DNA of 64,000 nucleotides from a virus (Duplodnaviria; Heunggongvirae; Uroviricota; Caudoviricetes): IMG/VR virus record IMGVR_UViG_3300037067_007156, positions 575,980 to 639,979 of that record; one strand, 5' to 3'. Shown piece by piece: positions 1 to 10,447 of this stretch (position 1 is its first letter; each line of letters starts with the position of its first letter). The notes under the pieces were generated by a model. It saw only the letters and a program-made list of their open reading frames with translations, ran no database searches and was not told where the DNA came from. The position numbers and the translations under genes were made by a program.

Positions 1-195
1 TTTTATTTAATAGTATATATTAATATTAAAAATCAATTTTTAGAATCTGTTAGTAACATTATATATTTTTTATTTTTTATCGTTTTTTGATGTTTTTTAT
101 AAATAATACATTAATATTTTTTATGAAGTTATTTTTGTTTTTATAAAACAAAACAATTATTTATTTATAATTATAAAAAATGAATTGTTAATTAA

Positions 196-1332
196 ATGAT
201 TATTTGTGATTTTGTAAAAATTGTAACTTGTAGTACATTTTGTATTTCTTATTATAAGAATTTAGGATATGCTATAAAAAAAGGTGAATATATAGATATT
301 AAAATTGAAGATTTACCTGTAAATTCTTCTATAAAAATTGAAGCAAAATGTGATTATTGTGGTAAAATTAAAAATATAAGTTATCTTAATTATAATAGAA
401 ATTTTGCTCGTCAAAATAAATTTTCTTGTTCTAAAAAATGTTCACAGCATAAAACTAAAGATACTAATATTAAAAAATATGGTGTTGACAATCCATCTAA
501 AAATGAAACCATAAAGGAAAATAAGAAAAAAACTAATATTAAAAAATATGGATTTGAAAGTGCTAGTCAAAATGAAGAAGTGAAAAATAAAATAAAAAAT
601 ACTAATCTCATGAAATATGGTGTTGAATGTAATTTAACATTAGACACAGTAAAAGAACAAATTAAAAGAACTAATTTGAAAAAATATGGTGTTGATAATC
701 CAGCAAAAAACGAAAATATTAAGAATAAAATAAAAGAGACTAATATTAAAAAATATGGTTGTCATTATACACTGGGTAATTCAATAATTAAAGAAAAAGC
801 ATTAAAAACATTATATGATAATTATGGTGTAACAGTTCCTCTTAAAAATGAAAATATAAAAGAAAAATTAAAACAAACTTGTTTAAAAAAATATGGTGTT
901 AATAACCCCCTTAAAGATGAAAATATCATTTGTAAAATGATTAAAACGAATATTGATAGATATGGGGAATTTATATTTAAATATGTTCCAAAATATAATC
1001 CGTTATCTATATGTGTATTTGATGAAATAGCTGAACAATTGAATATTAATATACAACACGCATTAAACGGCGGTGAGAAACAATTTTATAAATATTTTGT
1101 AGATGGTTTTATTCAAGGATATAATATTGTTTTAGAATGGGATGAACCAAAACATTTTTACAAAAAACAAAAAGAAATTGATATTAAAAGACAAACATAC
1201 ATTGAAAATAATTTTGAGTGTAAATTCATTAGAATAAATCAAAAAGAATATTTCAGTGATGAAATTATTCAATTCAATTTATTAGTAGATAATATTAATA
1301 ATATAATAAAAACAAAAAAGGTTCATTTCTGA
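196..1332 (+). CDS. Putative homing-type endonuclease (Zn-finger, KYGVDN repeats, C-terminal Vsr/PD-(D/E)XK-like domain)
   Basis: CDYC..CSKKC; about 8 copies of K.TN.KKYGV.N; C-terminal VDGFI..YNIVLEWDEP.H shared with 47549..48436. Confidence 0.7.
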   Translation: MIICDFVKIVTCSTFCISYYKNLGYAIKKGEYIDIKIEDLPVNSSIKIEAKCDYCGKIKNISYLNYNRNFARQNKFSCSKKCSQHKTKDTNIKKYGVDNPSKNETIKENKKKTNIKKYGFESASQNEEVKNKIKNTNLMKYGVECNLTLDTVKEQIKRTNLKKYGVDNPAKNENIKNKIKETNIKKYGCHYTLGNSIIKEKALKTLYDNYGVTVPLKNENIKEKLKQTCLKKYGVNNPLKDENIICKMIKTNIDRYGEFIFKYVPKYNPLSICVFDEIAEQLNINIQHALNGGEKQFYKYFVDGFIQGYNIVLEWDEPKHFYKKQKEIDIKRQTYIENNFECKFIRINQKEYFSDEIIQFNLLVDNINNIIKTKKVHF

Positions 1333-1340
1333 ACCTTTTC
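1315..1340. terminator. Bidirectional intrinsic terminator between convergent genes
   Basis: aaaaaggttca-tttc-tgaaccttt hairpin. Confidence 0.55.
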
Positions 1341-1364
1341 CGTTTATTATTTGAGTATTAAGCA

Positions 1365-4300
1365 TTAAGCAGCATTAAATCCACCAGAAGAAATTTGTCC
1401 TGTGCTAAGTATTGTTATATTATTAACGATAATACCAAGACCTTTAACAATCTCAACAAAAGTATCTAATATGCCCATTTGATTGTCAATTACGTCTTTC
1501 GTGTTATTGCTGTCGTCGATTACGTTTCTAAAATCATATAAGGCATTAGCATCGAGGAATTCTTTACAAATTTTATCTGCACGGTATTTAATTTCGGCAC
1601 GTACAGTAGGAGTATTGAATTTCCAATGATAACGAAGCAACATATTATACAAAGAATTTTCAAGTTCAATCAACACTTCTCTTGAATGTATATAACTTAA
1701 AGAAGTTATAGGGTTCATTTGTGCCGTACTTTCCGAATTAATATAGAAACCATTGTTTATATCACGAATGATTGGGTTAGCCCCCATTTCATACATGTCT
1801 TCAAGGTCTTCGTTTGTGAAGTCCATTTCAGTTCCACCGACAGACACTTTACCATTACTCAAACCAGCGCAAATTGTCCATGCTTGAATACCAGCTGTCG
1901 AGGTTATATGTTTTTGCATATATGTAGAAGCCACGAACATTGCCGGAGGACACGACTTCTCAACACCGGATGTAGTGTCGTTTCCATAAGGAAAGAAGTA
2001 TCCAACACACGATTCACCTACACCTTGACCAAATGAGTATAAGAATGATGGGTTTTTATCCAAATCACCACCTTGTTTTACAAAGGTTAAGCTCAATGAA
2101 CCATCATCATTAACAAAACTTGGGTTAGTAGATTTTCTAAACATACGTGCAGAAGGCATGTTAAGGAAACCAAAACAGTTTAATTTTTTACCACAAAGTG
2201 ACATTAATTCTTGTTTTGAACCGTCAACTAAACCAAGCCCGAATGAATCTACTAAATATCTCCAAGCAATTTTATTTTTATTAATCAAACCTTTAGATAA
2301 AGAGGTGTCGGCATTTTTACCGATGACAGAAAGAATTTCTTCCTGACGAGTTTCAGTACCATTAGGTATAGAATCCTGACTAATTTTAAATGGTGGTATC
2401 GCAACACCTTTATATTCAGTTACATAAGTATCAATTGAAGGATATGCAGTAGTCATATAATCAGTTGTACCTGATAAGTCATTATCAACCACTTTAATTG
2501 GTGCGTCTGCATAAAGAATTTTAAGACTTGCGTCAACTGAATCAATAGCAGTTTTAATAATTCTTACCATTTTACGTGGCATTTCAGAACCAGCAGCTAT
2601 TTCAATATCTGTTGTATCATAATATCCTTCTAAATATGTTCCAATAGTTATTTCAGAATAACGGTTTTTATCAACTTTTATTTCGGTTATCTTAGAGAAA
2701 TCGGTAGCTGTAAAGCTTTCAATTTCGATTGTTTGTTGATAATTTCCCCTATTTGACCATATAATTAATTCTGAACCATAACCAGATGGCATAGCAGTTG
2801 ACCAGTTTGCTGTTGTAATTAAACCAGAATCTGGTTCTTTTGAACCTGCGAACTGTACCGTTAATATATTATTTCTTAAATATGGTCTGATATAAACTTT
2901 AGTCACACCGAACATGGTTGGGTCTACATTGTTTACAACAAAATAGTCAAGAGCGTTGATAATACCATCAACATAATTTTGATAGAATGTTGAATATTTA
3001 GCTACAATACCAGTAGTATCAGAACCATTAAACATTTCATATCTTGTTATTGCCTGATTAGTATTATTACCTAATATAAATTCATCATCAACATAATATA
3101 ATAATAAACTACCAGTTGTTACATAATTTGCAACTGTATCAACATAAATTTTAATTTTTGCATTTTCGGTTGTTGACCAGTCAGTGATAAGATAATTAGC
3201 CCCAATTGTGTATTTAAACCTATTAACAGCAGTTGATATAATAACAGCTTTACCACTTTGAATATTTTCAGCAACATCATCATATATTTTATATATTCTT
3301 AAATCAGCATAATTTGTCAGACTCTTAACTCCTAATGTTCCTGTGAATTCAATAGTAATTGATGTATCACCAGTATTTAATGGGTCAGTTGTATCTGATA
3401 TATAGATACCAGCTGTGCCACTACCAACAGCGGTTATTGTTATTGGAACGTAACCAGATGAATCCACTGTTACAGGATGATAAGTTAATGTTGTTACACC
3501 ACTTGAATTTAATACTTCAACATAACCAAGATGAATTGTGTCTTCGTTGTTTACATTATAATATGGTAATGTAGTAGTATCACCTGAAAGAATTTCAGAA
3601 CCTTTTATTATATTAACCAAAGTATTATCAGATGTTAAATAAAGGTGGTCATAACGTTTAACTTCACTATTTACAAGTGGGTCAAGTAATGTATCATAAA
3701 AATTATCACCGACACCTGTAAAAGTTATTTTCGAACCAGTTATTACATAATAAGCATCAGCAGTTACAACGTTAAATTTAATTGTATGATTAGTTGTACC
3801 GGAAGTTGCTGATAAATAATTAAAATTATAAGTAGTCCATTTATTAAAACTGTCTGTTCTATTTGATGGAGTTGAACTTACAATACTACCCATACCAAAA
3901 ACATTTCCTGATGAATCAAGATATTTTTGTGGATAAGTAACATCTTCGTTTAATGTTTCTTTATAAGAAAGAAAATCGATTTCAGTCTGGTCAGTATCAA
4001 CTAATGTGTTACCAATAATATCTATTTTTCCTTCTGGATAATCTGCACCTAATAATAAGTCTTCATTGTACGCACAGAATAAACCTGTTTTATCAGTATC
4101 ATTATTTATTACATTTTTAATATACATATCACGACCAGACTTATCTTTAAAGTTTGGAATTAAACATACATCATAATTTGCTAAAATAGACACATTTCTA
4201 TTGTTCACGAAATCCTGAACTTTATCTTTCATCAAACCAGTTGATGAAAAATATTTACTATAAGTTGTATCAACACTTAAAGTATTATAATCAGTCCAAT

Positions 4301-4943
4301 CACCGCCTATTACAAGAACTGTTATCAAATAATCTGATATAAGGTCTTTAGAATTGATAAATTCTGGTACATTTAATAAACCACCGTACCAGTTTTCAGC
4401 TGTTACATCAAATCCACTTGTTGAAGATTTGAACATAAATGTGGTAAAAGTCTTATCACCCATGTTGGTGATATGTAACAACCTTTCTGTATCATCACTT
4501 GTGTCATTTACAACATCAAGAAATGATTCATCATCTCTTTTCCAAAAATCTTGACGATTAAAAAATCTTTCATAAGCAGATTGATTTAATGAACCATTAA
4601 AATATTGTGAAGATACAGAAACAGATTTCCATTGCAACTTATCACGAGTGGCATCAGTTTTTAATAAATTTAAAGCCCAAATAGGGCCAGTTTCTAACAT
4701 TTTTAAAGCTGTTCTATGGAAAAATGAACCTTTATTTTCTAACTGTTTATCGAGTGTTCCAAATATCTTTTCAAAATCGTTTGAATTATCGACATAGACT
4801 GGGTTATTTATTGTTCCTTTTCGAGAAAAACCGGGTACAAGATTTATTAAAACGTCTTGCACTGGAAGCTCAACTAATGAGTTATCAAATTCTTCGATGA
4901 ATATACCGGGGCGTTTGTACTTACCTAAGTCTCTTATTGGCAT
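1365..4943 (-). CDS. gp18: Tail sheath protein (T4 gp18-like)
   Basis: N-terminal RPGIFIEEFD..VPGFSRKG; C-terminal sheath motifs ANPI, SYIHSREVLI, VIDDSNNT.DVID..MGILDTFVE. Confidence 0.9.
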   Translation of the reverse strand: MPIRDLGKYKRPGIFIEEFDNSLVELPVQDVLINLVPGFSRKGTINNPVYVDNSNDFEKIFGTLDKQLENKGSFFHRTALKMLETGPIWALNLLKTDATRDKLQWKSVSVSSQYFNGSLNQSAYERFFNRQDFWKRDDESFLDVVNDTSDDTERLLHITNMGDKTFTTFMFKSSTSGFDVTAENWYGGLLNVPEFINSKDLISDYLITVLVIGGDWTDYNTLSVDTTYSKYFSSTGLMKDKVQDFVNNRNVSILANYDVCLIPNFKDKSGRDMYIKNVINNDTDKTGLFCAYNEDLLLGADYPEGKIDIIGNTLVDTDQTEIDFLSYKETLNEDVTYPQKYLDSSGNVFGMGSIVSSTPSNRTDSFNKWTTYNFNYLSATSGTTNHTIKFNVVTADAYYVITGSKITFTGVGDNFYDTLLDPLVNSEVKRYDHLYLTSDNTLVNIIKGSEILSGDTTTLPYYNVNNEDTIHLGYVEVLNSSGVTTLTYHPVTVDSSGYVPITITAVGSGTAGIYISDTTDPLNTGDTSITIEFTGTLGVKSLTNYADLRIYKIYDDVAENIQSGKAVIISTAVNRFKYTIGANYLITDWSTTENAKIKIYVDTVANYVTTGSLLLYYVDDEFILGNNTNQAITRYEMFNGSDTTGIVAKYSTFYQNYVDGIINALDYFVVNNVDPTMFGVTKVYIRPYLRNNILTVQFAGSKEPDSGLITTANWSTAMPSGYGSELIIWSNRGNYQQTIEIESFTATDFSKITEIKVDKNRYSEITIGTYLEGYYDTTDIEIAAGSEMPRKMVRIIKTAIDSVDASLKILYADAPIKVVDNDLSGTTDYMTTAYPSIDTYVTEYKGVAIPPFKISQDSIPNGTETRQEEILSVIGKNADTSLSKGLINKNKIAWRYLVDSFGLGLVDGSKQELMSLCGKKLNCFGFLNMPSARMFRKSTNPSFVNDDGSLSLTFVKQGGDLDKNPSFLYSFGQGVGESCVGYFFPYGNDTTSGVEKSCPPAMFVASTYMQKHITSTAGIQAWTICAGLSNGKVSVGGTEMDFTNEDLEDMYEMGANPIIRDINNGFYINSESTAQMNPITSLSYIHSREVLIELENSLYNMLLRYHWKFNTPTVRAEIKYRADKICKEFLDANALYDFRNVIDDSNNTKDVIDNQMGILDTFVEIVKGLGIIVNNITILSTGQISSGGFNAA

Positions 4944-5066
4944 AGTATTTTAATTATTTTTTATTTCTTTCACTTATATATTAATTTAAAATTCAGTAAT
5001 TTTTTCTTTTTTATATATTTAATTTTTTATATAAAAATATTCTATATAATTTTGCTATAAATAATT

Positions 5067-5786
5067 TTGTATATGTATTATGATACTATCATATTGAGAT
5101 TTTTTGATGATGAATCCGTGAAGAAGGAAAATAATTATTATTTTAAAGAAGAAACTTCTTATAGAGAACAATATAAAAAATATATAGATTTCTATTGGAG
5201 AATCCGTCTTTCTACTAAAAAATCTCATGAAACAAGAAATACTTTCATAACTATTCTCGAATTGAAACAATATTTCAATAAAATATTTCCATTAGTAACA
5301 TCATATATTAAATTTGATAATCCAAATATTAATGATAACACTATTGTTTACGTGAAAATTAGTGGTAGGGGAAAAAATTTAAATTACAATTTAACTGAAC
5401 TTGGGCGTTTTATAAACTCAAAAAAATGTACAGCATTTGATGTTAAATATGGTATTTTTTTAAATGAATTAGAATCTTTTAAAAGAAAAATACACAAAAT
5501 TTCAAGAAAAATTGATATAGCATGTCATAATGAAACTGGATATGCCATATATTGTTATATAAAAAATGATAATTGGGGATGTTATAAAAAAGCTACATCA
5601 GTTTTAATATTAAAAGATATTATTCTAAAAAATAGTAAAAATTCATATGAGAATATATTCATAAAAGAAATAGTGACAGCTTTTTATTTTGAATATATCA
5701 ATAATTCTTTAACAGAAGAATATATAGAACCAGAATACTTACCTTTACTGAGAAAATTTAAATTAACTCAGATACTTACTGATTAA
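5067..5786 (+). CDS. Hypothetical protein with C-terminal RxxKLxxI tag
   Basis: 239-aa ORF ending LRKFKLTQILTD. Confidence 0.6.
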   Translation: MYMYYDTIILRFFDDESVKKENNYYFKEETSYREQYKKYIDFYWRIRLSTKKSHETRNTFITILELKQYFNKIFPLVTSYIKFDNPNINDNTIVYVKISGRGKNLNYNLTELGRFINSKKCTAFDVKYGIFLNELESFKRKIHKISRKIDIACHNETGYAIYCYIKNDNWGCYKKATSVLILKDIILKNSKNSYENIFIKEIVTAFYFEYINNSLTEEYIEPEYLPLLRKFKLTQILTD

Positions 5787-6969
5787 GAAGATGATTTCTA
5801 TGTTTATAAAAAATTTCTTCAACTTGTTCTTTATATTTGGATGGATATGATATTGAATCGTGTACTGTAAATAAATGTATTTCAGGGTGTCTAAATAGTA
5901 TTTCATTAACTACTTTATTAAAAATAAATTCACTTTCTTTTTTCTGTAAATAATGAGAAAGACTTTTATAAGAACCCGTTTCACTTTTATATTTTTTAAT
6001 GAAATCAAATACTTCTGGATATATTGACTTAAATATTTTATTTTCCTTATAATACTCTTTATTTTTACCAAATAAAACTTTAAACATAAATATTTTGGCT
6101 TCATCTCTTGATATAATTTTACCATTACATTTCGCTAATAAATCTTCATATAATAAACCATTCTCAACTAAATTTATATATTCTTTGAGTTTTTCAGGAG
6201 GATTATAATTATATTTTTCATTAATAAGTACACCTAAAAATAATGGTTGTGAATTTTTAATATCAATCTCAGATATATTTTCACCGTCAATTGTAATAAA
6301 TTGATGTCTGATGTCTTTTTTTAAGATTGTGAAATTGGAATGAAATCTACCAAACCCGTCAAACTTGTAAAATAAATCATTTTCAAATAACTGCATGATT
6401 GATATATGATTTTTTAAAAACGAATTATCATTTATTATATTTTTATTTTTCAATTCAATAAGATAATCTAATGCATTTTTAGAATCAATTTCAACATGAT
6501 TTAAGTCAGAAACTAATTTAATTCTAACGGATTCGAAAATAGTTGATTGATTTAAATCTGTAAAATTATAATGGGCGTTTTTATCGTCAAGTTTTCTTCT
6601 TAGGAACATATCATAAAATGGATATCTTTTAATTTTAGAATTTGCAAGGAAATCCAAGTTCATCATATATCTTTTTGAAATGTTACCCATTTTATGTTTT
6701 TCAAATTCATGCATAAATCCGGTATTAACTAAGTAATTAATATAATTTTTATAAAATTTGCCGTATAAACCTTGCATTATTTTTGACCAAATTGGAAATA
6801 TATAATCACCATTGAACGTGTATTTAGTTATCATTTCATTGATAATGTGGGCTAAATATGAAGTTTTTAAATCTTGACCATTAAAATTTATGGTGTTTGT
6901 TTCGGTTAAATATTTTAAAGTGTCTGGTAAAAAACATAATATTCGGAATTCTCTCAGTTGTTTTCTCAT
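5776..6969 (-). CDS. Small family A polymerase-like protein (palm/fingers only)
   Basis: GRFHS, motif A EIDIKNSQP, motif B RDEAK..MFKVLFG, LQKKES, motif C VHDSI; no exonuclease domains visible. Confidence 0.7.
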   Translation of the reverse strand: MRKQLREFRILCFLPDTLKYLTETNTINFNGQDLKTSYLAHIINEMITKYTFNGDYIFPIWSKIMQGLYGKFYKNYINYLVNTGFMHEFEKHKMGNISKRYMMNLDFLANSKIKRYPFYDMFLRRKLDDKNAHYNFTDLNQSTIFESVRIKLVSDLNHVEIDSKNALDYLIELKNKNIINDNSFLKNHISIMQLFENDLFYKFDGFGRFHSNFTILKKDIRHQFITIDGENISEIDIKNSQPLFLGVLINEKYNYNPPEKLKEYINLVENGLLYEDLLAKCNGKIISRDEAKIFMFKVLFGKNKEYYKENKIFKSIYPEVFDFIKKYKSETGSYKSLSHYLQKKESEFIFNKVVNEILFRHPEIHLFTVHDSISYPSKYKEQVEEIFYKHRNHLLNQ

Positions 6970-7222
6970 CGGTTATTACAATTCTTTTTACAGTTATATT
7001 CTAAATTATATTCAAAGTTTGCTAAAAAGTACAACTTAACGAATGCTAATTTTATGATGATATAAATCATCAGTTCATCAGATTTTAATCATTCATATAT
7101 GAAAATATACACTTTCATAAAAGCATAATGACTTTTTTATAAAGGTTTCGTAGAAAAACTAAAAGAAACTAAAACAATATTTATATATATTGGATATAAA
7201 TAAAAAATGAATATTTTAAATA

Positions 7223-7765
7223 GTGAAATATAATAAACATATGGAATTCTTAAAAAAAGAATATGAGCATATTGAAAATGGGGTTTTTGTTTATGAAAAC
7301 AACTCTATTTTTTCGAAACCCGAACTGCCTTATAATGAAATAGAGGAAAGTCTATCAGATTTTGATATAAAAGATAAGAAAAAATTAAATTATGTGGCAG
7401 TCGAATTAGTACAAAATGTTCTTAAACATCATGACGAAACCTGTGAAAAAAATATAGAACCAGTCTTTGTTATTCATCAACAGGAAAATCAAATTATGAT
7501 GTTTACTGGTAATATAGTAAGTAAAGATAATTTCGAAAAAATAAAATATCATATCGATAAAATAAATTCGTTAGATGAAGAACAATTACATGATTTTTAT
7601 AAACATGTATTAAATGATGTGGGATATACTGAAAAGGGTGGAGCTGGATTAGGTCTAATTGATATATCTCGAAAGACTAAAACCAAATTAAAATATGCGA
7701 CCAAAAGACTAACAGATGAATATTTTTATTTTTACAACATAATTTTTTATAATTTACAAAATTAA
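7223..7765 (+). CDS. SiaB/DUF6272-family protein kinase (HATPase-like)
   Basis: VELVQNVLKH N-box, TGN.V, KGGAGLGLIDISRK G-box. Confidence 0.75.
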   Translation: MKYNKHMEFLKKEYEHIENGVFVYENNSIFSKPELPYNEIEESLSDFDIKDKKKLNYVAVELVQNVLKHHDETCEKNIEPVFVIHQQENQIMMFTGNIVSKDNFEKIKYHIDKINSLDEEQLHDFYKHVLNDVGYTEKGGAGLGLIDISRKTKTKLKYATKRLTDEYFYFYNIIFYNLQN

Positions 7766-7793
7766 AAATGGGAGTTTAAAATTCCCATTTTTT
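7765..7793 (+). terminator. Intrinsic terminator
   Basis: aaaaatgggag-tttaaaa-ttcccatttttt. Confidence 0.65.
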
Positions 7794-7801
7794 ATTTATA
7801 T

Positions 7802-7996
7802 TTGTTGATTATATTTTTAAAAATGGTTGGTAACTGCAAATTTGATATGAAAACTAAAGATAATTTTTTTGACCCAAAAAAATATAAAAGCGGAAAAGTA
7901 ACAATTTTCCCAACAAGTGAAGAATTTAAAAGAGAACTTAAAGTTAAACTACGAAAAAAAAAACTTGACCAAATATTTGGAGATGAACTTAGATAA
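7802..7996 (+). CDS. Small tagged protein (probable start ATG 7847)
   Basis: Ends LRKKKLDQIFGDELR; TATATTTG promoter element at 7797-7804. Confidence 0.55.
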   Translation: MLIIFLKMVGNCKFDMKTKDNFFDPKKYKSGKVTIFPTSEEFKRELKVKLRKKKLDQIFGDELR

Positions 7997-8441
7997 TAAA
8001 TATTTTCAAGGATTACACTATTATGTAGTTACTACGAATAGAATATTAAATAATACACCTGAAAAATTTATTACTGAGTATTGCAAAAGATATTGTAATA
8101 AAGCTTTATATATGGATATGGATGGTTTGGTTATACATTTAAATAATGTATTAAATGAATATATAATAGGCAATAAAATAAAAAATAATAGAATTAAAAT
8201 ATGTTTACCATATGTATATCAACAAATAAAATTAAGTGGATTGATACAATATAAAATTAAAATAAAAGGTTATAAAGGTGCAATTTGTTCAATATATAAT
8301 CTTTTATATTTTAATAGTGTTGGAAATTATAATAGTCCAGATATACAAAATATGTATTTATCCAATAATGACAAGATGCAAATTAAACATTTATTCTTAA
8401 ATTTACGTAAAGAAAAACTAAAAGAAATTTGTAATGAATAA
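7917..8441 (+). CDS. Hypothetical tagged protein (probable start ATG 7983)
   Basis: Ends LRKEKLKEICNE; ATG embedded in the upstream gene's tag. Confidence 0.55.
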   Translation: MKNLKENLKLNYEKKNLTKYLEMNLDNKYFQGLHYYVVTTNRILNNTPEKFITEYCKRYCNKALYMDMDGLVIHLNNVLNEYIIGNKIKNNRIKICLPYVYQQIKLSGLIQYKIKIKGYKGAICSIYNLLYFNSVGNYNSPDIQNMYLSNNDKMQIKHLFLNLRKEKLKEICNE

Positions 8442-8742
8442 AATAATAAAACATTATAGTTATAGATTTAATATGAGCGGTATGGAAGAATGTTTGAAAA
8501 GTTTTCATGCTGATTATTTGAAAAAAAATTAATTCAAGAACGAAAAGAAAAAATTAAAAACATTTTAAATGAATAATATTTTTTTCGTATATGATTCTGA
8601 TGTAGCACGAACTAGTATAATAGCTTCTAAAAAATCAACTTGAATTGAATATTAAAACCATTGAAACATATTATAGAGACATTAAATTGATGGAATTGAG
8701 AGAATTGAGGAAGAAAAAAATACAAATTCTTCTGAATGAATA
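8434..8742 (+). pseudogene. Two tiny tagged ORFs, each broken by a 1-nt shift in an A-run
   Basis: MNKIIKHY..YLKK / LIQERKEKIKNILNE* and MNNIFFVYD..ASK / ELNIKTIE..LRELRKKKIQILLNE*. Confidence 0.45.
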
Positions 8743-8768
8743 AAAACCGCTTAATTGGCGGTTTTTTT
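8742..8768 (+). terminator. Intrinsic terminator
   Basis: aaaaaccgc-ttaattg-gcggtttttt. Confidence 0.7.
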
Positions 8769-9072
8769 AATATTAAAAAAAGTATTGTAATATTTTTTTA
8801 TTCGAATAATTTGATATATTTTTGTATTGATTAATAAATAAAATTATATGGAACTATTTACAAATATCGAATTTAAAGTGTCAGAGTTTGATAAAATTGA
8901 TAAAATTTTATACGTTTTGACCAGTGAGGGATGGGAAATTATAGATACAAAAGTATTTTCAATTACACGTCCCAATAAACCAAAAGAAATTACCGGGAAA
9001 CTATATAATTTTAAACGAATAATTTGATATATTTTTGTATTATGTTTATTATTCACTAAAAAAATATACAAC

Positions 9073-9933
9073 ATGAAATCAAAAAAAATACTTGAATATC
9101 CATACATACAAGAGGATGTACTGGATAAAGCCGATAAATTTGAAATTCAACATGAAAAACTTACAGTAAAAACTTCATATGACCATAGAGTTTTAGCTGT
9201 TGTGGATGTATCTGAAAAATATTGGTCTTTTGATTTCAAAACATTTGCAATTAATATTATAAAAACCATTAATCGTTATTTTTCACCAGAAAAATATAGT
9301 TTTCGTATAAATGGTGGTGCACAAGAAATACGTCTTGTGGGTGGTGTTGTGAAAGTTGGTGATGACATTTATTACAAAATGTTCAACCTTGTTAATTCTT
9401 CTGATAAATCGAGAGCGTTGCAAATGAATATTGGTCTTATACGTGAAGCTAACAATGCACCCGTTATTATCTCAGTTGAAAATGAAAATGCGTCAGTATC
9501 GGGTCGTCATTTTTACAAATCACTACCAGATAGATTAAATCATTTTGTTGATATATTACCGGAATTTAATATCATCATTGATAAACAGGTTACTCATCTT
9601 CAAAAGCTTGAACACAGTGATGTGTCATTAAAGGCTCTTTATCGGGAAATGCTAAGGGAAGATGAAGATGGTGTTATTAAACCTTCAGATATATTACGTG
9701 TCAGGGCTTTAAATAAAAGGTTATTGAAAGCTCGAATACCAGAAGTAATGAATATTACAACTCGTGAACTTGACCTGCTTAATCACCCAAAAGACTTATT
9801 TAAAAGTTCTTTTGACATTAAAGTGAATGCTAAACAAATTGTAAATCTTTTCACTGAGATATATTCACATAGAGATTCAACAACTATTGAAAGAGAATGT
9901 CGTAGGTTGGTTGAAATCCTTGATAAAATATAA
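9073..9933 (+). CDS. Hypothetical protein, possibly DUF932-like
   Basis: LVNSSDKSRALQMNIGLIR resembles the DUF932 NS.DG...G..R core; paralogous to N-half of 10448..11935. Confidence 0.45.
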   Translation: MKSKKILEYPYIQEDVLDKADKFEIQHEKLTVKTSYDHRVLAVVDVSEKYWSFDFKTFAINIIKTINRYFSPEKYSFRINGGAQEIRLVGGVVKVGDDIYYKMFNLVNSSDKSRALQMNIGLIREANNAPVIISVENENASVSGRHFYKSLPDRLNHFVDILPEFNIIIDKQVTHLQKLEHSDVSLKALYREMLREDEDGVIKPSDILRVRALNKRLLKARIPEVMNITTRELDLLNHPKDLFKSSFDIKVNAKQIVNLFTEIYSHRDSTTIERECRRLVEILDKI

Positions 9934-9953
9934 TATTTAAAAATAAAAATATT

Positions 9954-9990
9954 AAAAACCGATTCTTCTTGTGAGAATCGGTTTTTTTTT
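9954..9990 (+). terminator. Intrinsic terminator
   Basis: aaaaaccgattct-tcttgtg-agaatcggttttttttt. Confidence 0.75.
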
Positions 9991-10447
9991 TACCTTTGGA
10001 GTAAGAGATACCATCTTAAAAAATTAACATATTGTTTCACTCTTAAAATTAATGTGAATATTATAGATACAATATTGATAAAAAATTAATCTAAAAACTT
10101 GTGATTCTAAAAGTTTCACTGGTGAAAAATAATTTCCTTTATTATTTTGTGAAATATAACATGAAAATGTTATAGAGGTTGTGTGATAATCAAACAACTT
10201 TAAATTAAATTATTTTGTGTTTATTTAATAAATAAGAATAAAAATATAAAAAATAATTATGTGATAATATAACATATATTATTTGATTAATTAACAATTA
10301 AATAAATAAAAGATGTGAGTTGATAAACATAGATATAATATTAAGTTTTTTGGTTATGACTTAAAAATAAAAATATTTTTTTAAAAAAAGTAAACTATTT
10401 ACTTAAAATGAACTAAAAGCGTAAGTTATCAATTAAAAATAAACCTT

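Noticed and set aside
1719-4554. Short plus-strand ORFs inside the sheath gene, and similar shadow ORFs in portal, capsid and DUF2779 genes
   Set aside because: Antisense or alternate-frame shadows of long conserved genes with no motifs
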